This document shows positions 12,180 to 25,600 of a DNA stretch of 64,000 nucleotides, piece by piece. A program made the position numbers and the translations under genes. The notes below the pieces were generated by a model. The model was not told where the DNA came from, did not search any database, and saw nothing but the letters and a program-made list of their open reading frames with translations. The stretch is from Antechinus flavipes. Its lineage: Eukaryota. Positions within the stretch are counted from its first letter, which is position 1. Every line of letters starts with the position of its first letter. The stretch covers positions 48,670,001 through 48,734,000 of the forward strand of contig NC_067398.1 in assembly GCF_016432865.1 (NCBI RefSeq), in the 5' to 3' direction.

Positions 12180-13620
12180 AGCGATGGGGAAGAGGGGTGC
12201 GGTGCGTTGTGCGGGGCTGCCAGAGCACCGGCACAGCGGGCACCGGCACAGCGGGGCCCAGCTTTCCCCGCAGTTGAAGGAGGCGGTTGCCCGGGCCCAA
12301 TTCGGGAGCCTGCCGCTAACCTGTGAGCACCTCGGATGAAAACGGATCCGCAGCAGTCCCCGGAGCTTTTATCAGTTTCCATCTCTCCTCGGGTTCTGAG
12401 GTTGAGAGTTTGGGGCTTCAACCCCTTCTCTTCAGCTTTGTTGAAAGCTCCTCCGGGAGGAGTCGCAGCCTCAGTAAGGCGAGGCATCCTTCCCCAAGGG
12501 CATTTCGGAAGAAGGTTGCCGTACCCAGCAGTCTCCTGGGGCAAATCCCTCGGGAATGAAGCGCGGATCGAGGTGTCCGCGGAGGGCAAGGCGCCTCCAG
12601 TCCGCAGCGCCGGTCCGAACCTCCCCCTCCCTCCTTTATTGTGCCCCGGGGGGTGGTTTCCATAACTACGCTAAACAGAGGGCGGGGCCACGCTTGGGAC
12701 CAAAGCGGCCCGGGCCAGAGCCGGCTGGACGAACCCTCCCCCACCTCACCTCTCACGCAGAGGATCCGGCCTGTAAGGGGCGGCGAGGGACTTGGACCTG
12801 TTCTATGCAGGGCCTTGGGGCTGCTGTTCTCTTGGGGGGCGGGGAGCTCAAGACGGTGTACAAGGGGGACCCTTCCTGGTATGCAGAACAGAACCAGGCC
12901 GCTTGCAGCGGCGACCAGCTGTGCAAAGAGCCCGTTTGGCCGAGGGCGGGCTTCGATGCCGTAAAACCCCAGCGTCCCGGGACCCTAGAGCCACGGGGGG
13001 ACCTCCCCAAGCCATGGCGCTCGAACTGCTACTGGAGCCGAAACCGGCTATCGGGGGCCGCCTCGCCCCGCCTCCAGGCTCTGCATTGGCCTGGGATCGA
13101 GACGATGCAGTGGGGCTCCGGGAGCCTGAGCCGCAAGGCCACGAGCACCCCAAATGCGAGTCCGCAGAGTCGAGCAGGGTCCCGGGCCGCCCCGAGTCCC
13201 GGGGCTCCTGGACGCGGAGCCGCCACCTCCTCAACAAAGGCCCCCGAAGCCTACTCCAATGGGGCCGGGACCGCGGGGACCGTGGGAGTGCAGCCGCCCG
13301 CGGGAGTGCAGCCGCCCCCGGGCGGCCAGGGTGAGTCCCCCGAGCTGCCTTCCCGCCCAGCAGACAGCTCGGGGGCTGGGAGCCTGATCCAGGCTCCTCC
13401 GGCGCCCGTGGACCGCGATAGCAAGGCCAAGGTTCGCCGTCAGCCTCGGCCTGAGAACAGCGTTGTGCCTCCGAGGCGCCCGCACGCTCTGGACAAACTG
13501 CGGCACGAAGGTGAAGTCCAACGTGGGCCCCTGCAACTCCGCCTCTCTCTCCCCTCCCCCCTACCAAGAAAGGGGTGGGGGTGGAAGGTGTAGGCGCGGG
13601 TGGAGGGAAGGTGCGACCTC
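12180..13620. promoter_or_regulatory. CpG island at TTLL3 promoter / exon 1
   Basis: Dense CpG directly after the ARPC4 3' end, spanning the TTLL3 first coding exon. Confidence 0.85.
12805..13330 (+). CDS. TTLL3: TTLL3 exon 1 (long N-terminal extension)
   Basis: [15 protein letters not shown]...PSWY...LHWPG resembles the recalled mouse start MQGVSSALLLSAGQL...AWY...LQWPG. Donor G|gtgagt, phase 1, in frame with exon 2. Confidence 0.75.
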
Positions 13621-16600
13621 CGGACAGAGGGGCTGGGGGCTGGGGGCAGGCAGGGAGACGGAGCAAGGAGACTCCGGAGTAGCTAAGAGGGGTGGAGTGG
13701 GGGGAGGGAACGGGATACCGAGCAAGAGAGGAGATAGGGGCAGGTATCGGGAGGTAGGCGGGTGGAGGAGGAGACAGGGGGAGGGCACAGGAGCGGGAGA
13801 GAAACGGGGGCGAGGAGACCGTCAGTAGGTGGATGGAGGGCACGGGGAGATGTGCTAGATGGACACGGATTGGAATCAGAGAGGGAAGAGGAGACCAGGT
13901 GGCGTAGAGATGGGCAGTAACGGAGAATGCAGAAAATCATGTGGAGCTCGAGGCTCTCCATGGAAGGGAGGGGGGTCAGGGAGGGATGGGCAGATTCAGG
14001 GATTGGAGAGAGGAGAAGAGGGTGGAAGCAATTCCTTCTACGAGTGGTGACAGGGGATGAAGAAAATGAGATGGAGGGATAAGGAAAAGGATTGGATGGG
14101 GAGGGATAGGGGAGAGGATTGGATGGAGGGGGCCAGGAAATAGATGGTTCAGGACTTACTGGGGAGAAGGGGATTGGAGGAGATAAAATCAGTTGTGTGG
14201 AGGAGAATTGGGAAAGCATTTTTAGAAAGAGAATTAGGTATCTGATTTGGGACTATTTGAAGGGATGGAGATGGAGGAGAGAACCAATTATATAGATGAG
14301 GATAGGAGATCCAGGGAAGGAACTAAAGTGTGTGAATGGTTTGTGGCATGGAAGTTAAAAAATATACATAGGATTGGAGACTGAGAATTGAGGGAAGCAA
14401 ACAGGAAGTGTGTGAATGGAGTCAGAGCTTGGGAGACAGGGTTATTAGAGCAAAGAACTTGAAATCATGAGTGTCTGGATGGAAACAAGGAATGGAGAAA
14501 AGGAACCAACAGATGGTGGGGGTGGGGGCGCAGGGATGGAGAATAGGAGATAGATGAAATAACAGATGAGGTAGAAAGCTAAACAGGTGGTACATTGAGA
14601 GGGAGAAAAGCCAAGCAATGGGAGGATGGAAGGACAGGAAAAGGGTTGAATAGAAAGAGGTTAAAAACCTGGATTCCTAAGGTTGGGGGTAGAGAATTAG
14701 ACTGAACAGAAGAGGGTTTGGGAAGAGAGCTTGGCATAAGAGCTTCCAGGATCTGTCTGGCTGTCTCACTGTAGGCCCCCAAGCTCCGGTGTCTGTCTGG
14801 AAAGGGTTCCCTGGGGCCCCACTCAACATTGACCGGCTTAAGAATGCCAAGATCGTGGTGCAGAGAGCCATCAAGGTCAGAGGTGGGAAAGAAAGGGGAA
14901 CAGGGAGACCTGGCAGAGTCAGGGGGAGACTGAGGTGGAATAAGGCCTCAGGGAGTATTGACATTCTATCTACTTCCTCAGCCTCCTTCTCCCTTGCCTC
15001 CCTTCACCCCATAGCAGAAGAAAGTCTTCATGATCCAGGGCCGCTACCCCGTGATCCGAGGGATCCTGCGCCGAAAAGGCTGGGTGGAGAAGAAGATTCC
15101 CCGTTTAACTACACCTCCAGCAGTGCCTCCCCCTAAGGATTTGGACAGTTTGATATCTGCAGATGATATCCCAGAGGAGTGTGATGAAGGTAAGGATGAG
15201 TGACTCCTCATGTTCCTTCTCCCCCCAACTCTGGGGCCAAATAATCAAGGTCTGAGATGGGCGTGAGTCCAAAGCTAGAGCCATGGTGGAGTGGAGATGA
15301 AAAATCTAACCAGCAGTCCCACTCCCCTCTTAGCCCCTGGCTTGTTTCTGTGGGTAAAAGATTAAAAATGAATATCCAGACTGCCCTTGAAAGGAAACAA
15401 TGCTAAGGAAGAGCTTGTGGGTGAGGGGGTTGTGGAAGTCCTGCCAACCTGTGTTGGAGTCCTGGGGGAAATTCCGAGCCAGCAGAAGCACCACCTTGTG
15501 CCACAGATCATCCACTGAATGTCTGCTTGAATCCTTGCATAAAGGCTCCACTTGTAATTTTTTTGATATCAGTGGAGGCTCTGAAAGAAGGGATTAGGTG
15601 GAACAGAGTGGAGCAGCCTCACCTATTGGGGGTTTTTGTCCTCTAGAGGAAGAAGATGATGACGAAAATCAACAACCAGACCTTGAAGATGTGGATGGCA
15701 CTCATGACCTTATGGTAATGGGGGAGGGCCCCCTTTCCCTACCATTCAAGGATCAGAGAATCAACTCTCCCAGTGAATCCCTCCAGGATATTTAAAGGGA
15801 CTGATTTTAAAAAAAAAAATGGGTCGTTCAGCCGACAGAGGGATGGGGGGGGGGGGGGGGAGGAAGAATGATCTTGATTCTCTTTCCACCTTCTACTTTC
15901 TCCCTTTTGTCCTAGTCCCGAATGGTTCGGAATGAGGTGCCCTATTTCATCTGGACCACCCGGAGGGATGTGATTGACTGCCGCTTTCTCTGCAAAGAAC
16001 AAATGATAAATCATTATGCTCGGGCAGGCTCCTTCACCACCAAGGTGGGAATCTCTTGGAGGGGGGCATTGGGTGGCGGGAAACCATACCCCAGTGGGCA
16101 GGGCAAGCCAGACTTTACTCAGTACCCCTCCATTCAGGTGCATGTAGGAAAGGGAAACACCCCTCTCTCTGCCAGTCAGTCAAAAAGCATTAGCGCTTAT
16201 AAAGGAAGCATAAGATGTAGTCCCTACACAAGCGAATATCAGCCCAAGACAAATGATTCAGTCCTAAATTGTATGAGATAGACCTCAATGTAGAATTGTC
16301 AAGAGTTCAGAGGAGGACATGGAGGAAGAAATGCCCCTTGATGGACGGTGGTATTCCAGGCACAGGGAGAAGCATAACCAAAGGCATGGAGGATGGAAAT
16401 AAGCAAAGTTAGGGCAGAAAAGACAGACCATCCTTATTGCAATGGAACGCCTGTGGGTGGGACACCCTCTCCATAGCAATCTAGGCACACCCTCAGCTCA
16501 CTGCTGGTCCCTTCATTGCTGGGAAATAGGTAGGAAGCACAAGCGAACCCCCTAAGTTAATTTGGCTGGCTCAGGGGAAATCCCATCCTGTTCCCTGCCC

Positions 16601-19600
16601 TGGCTGACTTCCTAGGTTGGCCTGTGCCTCAGTCTCCGGAACCTGCCCTGGTTTGATGAAGCAAACGCAGACTCCTTCTTCCCACGCTGCTACCGCCTGG
16701 GAGCCGAGGATGAGAAACAGGCCTTCATGGGTAGGATGAGCCCCTCTCCCCCAACTCCTGCTCCTCACTTCCTCAGACCAGGGAATTGCCCCCATTTGGG
16801 GCTAGAGAATTTTCTGGCCAGAGTTCAGATGTCCCTTTCCCTGCCGGATTTCTTCTATAATCCTTTCTGCTAGGTCTTGCTCTTTTCCCGATCGCACCTT
16901 CCTCATGATGCTCACAGTACTGAACTAGCTGAATCATATAGACCAGGTTCTGGGTGGGAATTGGTGGCCAATCCTCGTCTGTATTCTAGATCTGTACTGG
17001 GTTCCCGATTTGGGCTGGGTCTTAGAACCACACTAACGGACCAGATCTAGACTGGGTTTTAGATTCATATGAGGTGTTCAGGTTAGGTTGATTGTAGATC
17101 TGTATTGGGTTAGAACACAGTTTTAAAATGGGCTCTAAATTCACATTAGGCACAAGATCTGTACTCGGTAGGTTCCAGATCTGCATTTGCTGCTAGGTGT
17201 TGTGTGGGCACTAAATTCAAACTAGGGGAATAGGATTTGAGTTGCCTTCCTGTACCTACCTACCAATAGGTACCAGATCTGTGTTATGCTTTTGGCCCAT
17301 ACTAGATGCCAGGCTTATGGTGACTTTAATATTTATCTGAAGTATCAAGTCTAAATTTCTAGTCCAACAGTTGTACCAAACTCTGATTAGACTCCAAAAG
17401 TAGATCAAACTTTGGCGACATTTAGTTTGCTTTGGGAATAGAGGTTGGTCCCTCCCCCTCCTCCCTCTTCTGTGGCCTAGTGCTAAGGAGAGTATCCCCC
17501 ACTCCTCCATCCCAACCCCATCCTGGGAGCAGAGGACTTCTGGCTGACAGCTGCACGCAACGTTCTCAAGCTGGTGGTGAAGTCATGGGACCCCAACTCG
17601 GAAGAGAATGGCCTGACAAAACCACCCTCAACTTTGTTGGAAAAGTGCCTGGAAGGTAAGTCCCAAGGGTTAATCCTCCACTCATCTCTCCATCATTTGC
17701 TCAGTCATCTAACATCGAGTCAGTATCCACAGGGTCTGGCCCTGCTAAAGTTACAGGCCAAGCGGAATACATGGTTTTTGTCTTCTCATTGGGGAGGGCA
17801 GAACACATTTGCATTAACAGAAAAACCATAAACAAGCAGTTGCAGTTGATCCAGAATCCCTTGTATCCAAGTTCTGAGGGATACAAAGAAGTATAGCAAA
17901 TTTGCGGGCCACTCTCAAGACCCCAACTCCAAAGTCTTATGGTTTTCTTCCCTGCACCATAGACCTGAAATTCAAGAGATCTCACTGGTCAGGGACTCAG
18001 GTAAACAAACAACTTTGATATCAAAGCTTAACTAAGCTCCAAGAAACCATGTCTTGTACCTCTACTTTCCCTTCCATGTGGAAGAATTTCCCTGCTTTCT
18101 TTTTCTTTGTATGTGTACATAGGGCAGAAGTTGGCCACAAGCATCAGTTCTTCCTTCAATTTCCTTCCTTCTCTTCCACAATTACTGCCAGAATTTCCAG
18201 GGGTGAAGCATCATAAAAAAACAGAAGTCAAGGAGGTGTCATCAAAGCTGATTGAGGACGCACTACAGGCCTGCGAAGGTCATCTCAGCAGTTTGGCCCA
18301 TGAGGATATTGATAACACCATGGAGTCACCAATGTCCCTGACTCAGGCTGATTGGGCCTTCTTTCTCCAGCAGTACTACCAAGTGATCCAGTAAGTGTGT
18401 GTTAGTATAGAAAAGGGGGTGTTGGGACAGGAAGAGCACCTTGGGGTGGGGTCCCATTGTAGGACTGCATCAAAGATATTACTTATAGAAGCACTGGAAA
18501 TATCACACTAGACTGGCCAATATATTGTTGCTTACAGAATGAAACGTGTGTGGGGAAAATGTAAATACTATGTAGGAGTCATCTGTATCTTGCACAAACA
18601 AGATGGTTTGGGATCCCAGGGTATTTTCCCCTTTCTGATTTGTATCTTCAAAGAAAGATGGCCAGGAGTACAAGTAGTTAATGTCCCGGTAATTGTGATG
18701 ATGTACTGTTGCAGAATCCAGAAAGAAATCACACCATTAGGTGAGTTGAGTAATCTTTGTCGCAGATTCAGCCTGATGCTATACCTGACTTTTCCAGATG
18801 TACTTACTCTCCATAACCCCAGTATACCTAATGGGTATGGTCCAAGAAACAATATCCAAAAGCTGAAATTGTGAGCAGTTAACTGGGGCTCTATTGATGG
18901 GCAGCTGTTGAAAATGTTACTCTCTTCTGGATTAATCAAGTGCCAAGATTGGGCAATCAATTATGCATGAGTCAGGCACTGATAAATATGAAAAAGATAT
19001 AATGATATTCTTTCTTCAAAAAATCTACCATATAGAAGAGGAAATGAAACAGATAAAGATAAAAATATAACAAGTACTCAGTAGTAAATAATGAGTGAAT
19101 ATCTATTCATTAAATCCCATAGAATCAGTGCAAGGGAGAAGGAGAATCCTCTGGAATAATGTGGACAGGGAAGCTTTTATGGAATAAGTGGATTTTATTC
19201 AGTCAGCAATAGGAGCCTTGGGTTGGTTGGTATTTGTTTACATGGAGGAATGACATAATAAAAGGTTTTTTTTAGGAAGCTTAATCCATTGGCATTGTGT
19301 AGGCCAGATTGGAGATGAAGAACCTAGAGGCAGATTGACTTGTTAGGAGATGACAAGCAATTGGTGATTTGACTCTGCACTAGAGTGGTGGAACTGGGGT
19401 TTTTAAATGAGTATACAAAATATTGAACCAGTGCAGACAACTAATAAGTCAATGGCTTGTATGCTTTCTTTGATCAATAAATGGTTTACATAGTAAACCA
19501 ATGTTACTGTTTTTTTCTCAGCAAAATAACCAGATATTTTGTACAAATTGCTGAATTCTTCAAAATATATCTCCTTTTGCTTTTCGTAGTTCAAAGACTG

Positions 19601-22600
19601 TTTCCAAAAGTCTGTTCCATTTTTTATCTTCAAATTTTAAAAAATTAGTGTTATCTTTTTTTTTTTTTTTTTTTTACATTTTATACATCTGTTTTTATAT
19701 TATCTTTTTTTTACATTTTTTATATTACCTTCATTTCTGGCTACATTCCTGTCCTTTCCCATCTAGTGAACCATTCCCTGTACTAAAGAATTTTTTAAAA
19801 ATAAGGGGGAAAATATCAATTCAACAAAAATAACTGATATATCAGTGGAATCAGACAATATATGTACTGTTTAATCAATCAATCAACAACTATCTATTAA
19901 GTACCTAGCACTAGAGAATAAAGAACAACCAAAAAAAAGAAACCGAGTTCTCAAGAAGTTTACATTCTATTGGAGGAGATAGTATGTACATATATGCATA
20001 CAAACATGGGGAAAAACTATTATTAAAGAAAAACATAAAATAAAAATGTGATAAAATACAAGTTGGGAGAATCAGGAAAAGTTTAGTGCAAAAGATGGTG
20101 CTTCAGTTGGGTTGTGAAAGAGATGAGGGATCTTAGAAGGCCAAGCTGGAGAGTACGTGCCAGGCTTGAAGGATGGCTGCTGCAAAAGCACAGAAATGAG
20201 AGATGGATTGCTGAAAGTAAAGAACAGAAAGAGGCCAGTTTAATTAGACCACAATATAAAGGAAGAGTATAATAGTTTGCAAACCATCACAAAGAAAGGA
20301 AGGAGTTACTTTTTTTGTCTTCTCTGAAGCAATCGGTTTCTTTTTGTTGTTTGCATTTATACCAGATCATAGAGCTGAGGGATCTTAGACTCTTTGTCAA
20401 TTTCAATCTCATTTTATAAATGAGGATACTGAGATCCAAACTAAGAGACTTGCCCCAGGTCACCCAATTAATAAAGGTCTGAGGCAGATTTTGAGTACAG
20501 ATCCTCCTTACTCTAAGTCCAAGGCCCTGATATTAAATCAAGCGATCTCTCTCATTATTTATGTCATTCTGTTAATCTATATATTTCTTTGTGTACACAC
20601 ACACACACATACACACACTTTCCCTGATACTATTTACTTCTCTTTGTATCTGCTCATATGAACCTTCCCCATGCTTCTCAAATCCTTTATTTTCATCTTT
20701 TCTTATCACACAGTAATACATTCACATACCAGTTTCTCAACTGATGGACATCTACTTTGTTTCCAGGTCTTTGCTTATTAAAAAAATAATAATAATGTAA
20801 CTATGTATATTTTAGAATATGTATGGCCTTTTTTTCCTGCTTTGGATCTTCTTAGGATGTATACCTAGAAATGGAATCCCTGGATGAAAGGGGATGAATA
20901 TTTTTGTCATATTTTTAAAAGCACTTGTGTCAAAAGTGTTTTGTCTTTTAATAGCCCTTTCATCTTTTCCCATTTTTTTCATTTTTGACAATTTACTGGC
21001 TATGAGTGAACTTTAAATTGTTTTTGATTTTCATTTATTTTATTAGTAATTAGTAATTTTTAAATATATGAGCCTGCTTAAAGTCCTTTCATTAAGTAGG
21101 CAAGGTACAGATAGAAATTAACTCAATTAATAATCAATAAAATTATATCTTTTTATATATATCAATATTATATTGAATCAATAAAAATATATAAGTAGTG
21201 TAGAGAAAACACTCTGGAAGGTGAATAGGAAGTTTCTCATGAAAAAGAGAAAAAAAAAAGGAAGATATGGGAAGAGCTTAGTTACTGACCTGCTAAAATA
21301 TCATAGCTATAAGGTGACTCTAAGACTTGGCATCTTCATTTTATGAGGAAATGGAGGCTCTGAAAAATGTATAAGCCCTGGATCACAAACCTGACAGAGT
21401 CAGTTTCCCACTGAATGATCTGACCCATTCTAATAGCAGGGAAAGGCTTTGGGAGCAAGTTATTATTTGTTCCAGGTATTTGATAGATCTGTGAAGAAAA
21501 ACAAATCCCTCCTCTTTGGTGTCTTCATTAGGGTGTAAAGTGTCAGTCAGTCAAGAAGCATTCATCAAATGCTATATAATAATAAACATGTGCTGGACAC
21601 CAGAAATACAAAAGATAATCAAGATAGTCCTTGGGGGCTTATATTCTACTGTAGGCACAGAACATGTGCATATATAAATAAACGCAAGATATAGACCAAA
21701 TTAGTACAAAAGCAGTCAAGGACCAGAGGAGGAGAAGAACTGAATCCTGAAAGGCTTCCTGGAGGAAGTAGTCCTTGACCTGAGTCTTGAAGAGAGTTGG
21801 GGGAATCTAAGAGACAGGAGTGAGAAGCCTAGAGGGGGAAGGGAAGCAGGATATCCCATACAAGGAACAGAAAGCAAGGCATTTTGGGCAAAGCATACAC
21901 AACAGAAAAAAAGGTATAATCTGCCTGGAAGGATAGATGGAACTCTTGTCCTATAGAACTTTAAATGTCAAAGAGAGGAGTTTGTGTTTTATCCTTAAGC
22001 CTTTTTATCAGCTCTTCCCTGGTATATCAAAGTAGCCTTCCAGTTGTTCTCTCTTCTGAGGTCTCTGCCTCATCCTCCTACACAGTGTATAAGGTACCAT
22101 TCCTAAAGTACAGGTCTGCATGTCATTCTGTTCCATAAACCCCAGTGGCTCCCTATTACCTCTAGTTCCAAATAAAATCTCTGACATTTCAAGCCTTTCA
22201 CAACATGTCTTTAACTTACTTTTCCAGGATTATTTCATGCCATATGTATCCATGTACTCTTTGGTCCTGCCAAATGGGCTTTCTTATTCCTCACAGTGGA
22301 CTCTCCTTCTCTCCCTCTCTTTACTTTTATGTAGGTTATTCCCCTCCTCCTGCAAATGCCTGGAATATACTCCTTCACCCCTGCCCCCTACAGACACCCT
22401 AATTGCCTTCCAGGTTCAGCTCAAATAACATTTTCCAGAGATCTTTCCTGATTCTTTAAGCTATTAGTCCCTTCCCATTGCAATTACCTTGAATTTAACT
22501 TCTCTCTTTTGTTATCTCCCTATATGTGTATATGTCTTCTCTCAGATAGAATGTGAGCCCCCTCAAGAACAGAAATGATTTCAATTTGTTATTGTATCCA

Positions 22601-25600
22601 TGGTGCCTGGGACATTGTGGGTGCTTGGTAAATTGTAAATTTAGTAAATTGATAGATATAATCACCAAAAGAATAAAGGATTATCTGATTTTCTTCAGAG
22701 AAAGGATGGGAGAGTGGGGATAGATTGGAAGTAAGGATACCAGTTATCTGTTCAGTACTTAACACAGACTAGCAAATAGTTGATGCTTACTAAATGTTTA
22801 TTTCTTTCTTTTCTCCTGTACTGTCCCAGATGAGAGATGACCAGAGCTTGAATTAGGCTAGTAATTGTATGAATAAAGATAAGGGAATGGCTGCAAGATA
22901 TATTATGGCATTGGAGTCTTCAAAACTTGGTAGATTGGATTTGGGGAATGAGTGAAAGGGAAAAGTAGAAATGACTCCAAGCTTTGAAAGTGGGTGTTGA
23001 GAACAATGGTGATATCCTCAAAAGGAATAGGAAAGTTTGGAGTGAGGACTGATGAAGGGAAAAAAGAATAAATTTCATTTTGGACAGTGGAATTTTAAAT
23101 GCATATGAGTCATCTAAGTGAAGATGTTCAGTAGGCAGCTGGCACTGTGGAACTGGAGTTCATAAGAGACATTAGAGTTGGATATGTAGATTTGGGGATT
23201 ATCTGCATTAAGATAATTGAACTCAGGGGAACTGATGAGATCATCGAGAAAGGGCATGGAGATAGACTCATCTAATTTAGATGCTTTGTTGTTCACTTAA
23301 TCTTAACTGTTTTTCTTTATTACTAGGAAGTGTTTAGTGGGAAAGGGATTATGTATTAGAAAATAACTATTATGTAAAAGATTTTTATAAAGGTAAATAT
23401 TTATTGGAAGAAAGGGAGAAAGGAGGGAAGAAAGAAGGGAAGGAAGGAAAAAAGGAAGCAGAAAGAAACAAAGTTTAGCCTGCTATAAATAAAATCTAGC
23501 TGAATACTCCCCAAGGAAAGCACATAGATGGAACAAACAGGTAGTTTTCCATTGAGAGTTGCTAATAAGAATGACAAAAGATTGTAGATCTTACTTTCAG
23601 CAAACATGAGAGTCAAGTTGCATTTTTCAGGGATCTGGCAGGAACATTCTATGTGTTTCTGCCATTGCCAAAGGATAATTATTTATGCACAAAAAGTGAG
23701 TTAGTCTTTCTTGGAAGAGAAAAGAAAAGGGCTTGAGGAACACTTTTCTAGACTCTTTAGTTATCAGAGAGAGCTAGGGGTTTTTTTTTTGTTGTTGTTT
23801 TTGTTTTTGTTTTTGTTTTTTTTTTAAAGTAGAACACATAAGAAAAATAATATGAAGAAATGGAGAATATATAATACAAACCTGTGACCTGCAGTTGGAG
23901 AATATGACAAAAAGAAGAAAGGGGAAAAGGATCACTGAGCTTTGGAATTAAGTAACAGATATAAGATTTCTGTAGAAGAGGGGTAGCTGAACTCTCTCAG
24001 GAAAGAAAAGTCTTTCATGCTCCAGGAAATGATACCGTGGATGTCACCAGTGCCAGAGGAGAAGAATGATCCTATAATGTTCAAAAGAAACAAAGAAGGA
24101 AAGTAGTTGACAACTCCTCAATGAAGGCTCTCAAGGCAACTGTTTGTCAACTTGACATAAGTAATAGAGAGGTCTTCCTTTGATATCTAAGATGTGAAGG
24201 AGAGCTTTGATAGAATAGCTAAACCTGATGACTACTGATCCATCCCTGGTGACTTAGTGAGGACATATGATGCTACCAGATGGAACCCAGGAAGTGCTGC
24301 CAAGTATTATGAAGTCCTGAACAAGAAACTGAATCCTTAAGTGGGGGGGGGGGGGTATGATGTTTTCATAACAATTATTGAGTGAAACACAGGCTCTAAA
24401 ATCTGGAAAGCGAATAATGGATTAAGAGACTTCATGTTCTGTCTCTTGTTGACTCAGGCTGACAAATAGCTGCCTTTAGACTAGGACAGTGGTGAGACAG
24501 GACATGCATGCTGTCCTTCAAGGCTAATTTTGATTGGCCCCATAGGGTAGAACCAGGAGCAATCAATAAAAGTTGTAGGGAGAGAGATTTCAAAACAAAA
24601 GGAAAACTTGCTAACAGTTTAGAGCTCTCCAGTAGTGAGGAAAGTGCCTTGAAAAGTTTTTCCTTCTTGGATGCCTTCAAGCACAGACTAAATAATCTTT
24701 TATTGGGAATGTTATAGAGAAAATTCAGGCATGGTTTAGGCCACATAATTATAATTATATATAATAGCTAATATTTACGTAGCACCACATACATAACACT
24801 GTGCTATGCATTTTATAATTAATTATGCCATTTGATCCTCACAACAATCTTTTTGAGGTGGGTGCTATTATTATCCCCATCTTATAGATGAGAAAACTGA
24901 GAAAAACAAGCGTTATGTGGCTTGCCCAGAGTCACACAGGCTTTGACGTCCTTTGCAATTCAGCTTCTATGATTCCATGAGTCAGATAAGTTGAATTCAA
25001 GTCTTAGCTGTGTATGATCTTAGAAAACTTGTCTTTTTGGGTGTGAAGTTTGTACATTTGCAATATGAGAAAGGATTTCTAAAGATCTCTTCCACCATAT
25101 ATCATCCTACAGTGTGGTAGTGTACACAAATAATGTTTGAACATCTTGTAGAGCCTTTCTCCCTGGGTCAAACGAAAGAACTTAAATAAAACTGTAAAGA
25201 GAGGAGATCTTTGGAAAAGAAGTATGGGACTTTTTTGTGTGTTTGGGGGAACAAGTTTACCTTTGCACAAAAACCACAGTTATCAGTGAGGTTAGTAAGT
25301 TAAGTGTTTGTATTTCTAGAACATAATAATCTATAATAAAGTCTTAATTATATGGAACAGATAATTGCAAAAGGAGTTAGAAAAAAGGTAATAAATATGG
25401 GTTAGAATATACAGAAAGTTGAATTATAAATAATGAACTAGTGCATATGTACTTTTGAATAGGGTATAGATTGGGAAAGGGGATGAAGAAAAGGTAAGAA
25501 ATAAGAGCTAGAATAATCAGAAAAGAAAGGTCTTGACTTTTCCCTTATTAATTAGAAAATTTTACTTAGAGGAATATTAGGAACTCCTTTAAATGAATTG

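Noticed and set aside
12280-12680. RFX X-box search at the TTLL3 promoter (ciliary gene)
   Set aside because: Only half-sites (gttgcc, gtttccata); no convincing palindromic X-box.
12556-13843. 345-aa + ORF from 12556 and 331-aa - ORF
   Set aside because: Only 12805-13330 resembles TTLL3 and ends at a phase-matched donor; the remainder and the antisense frame are GC artefacts.
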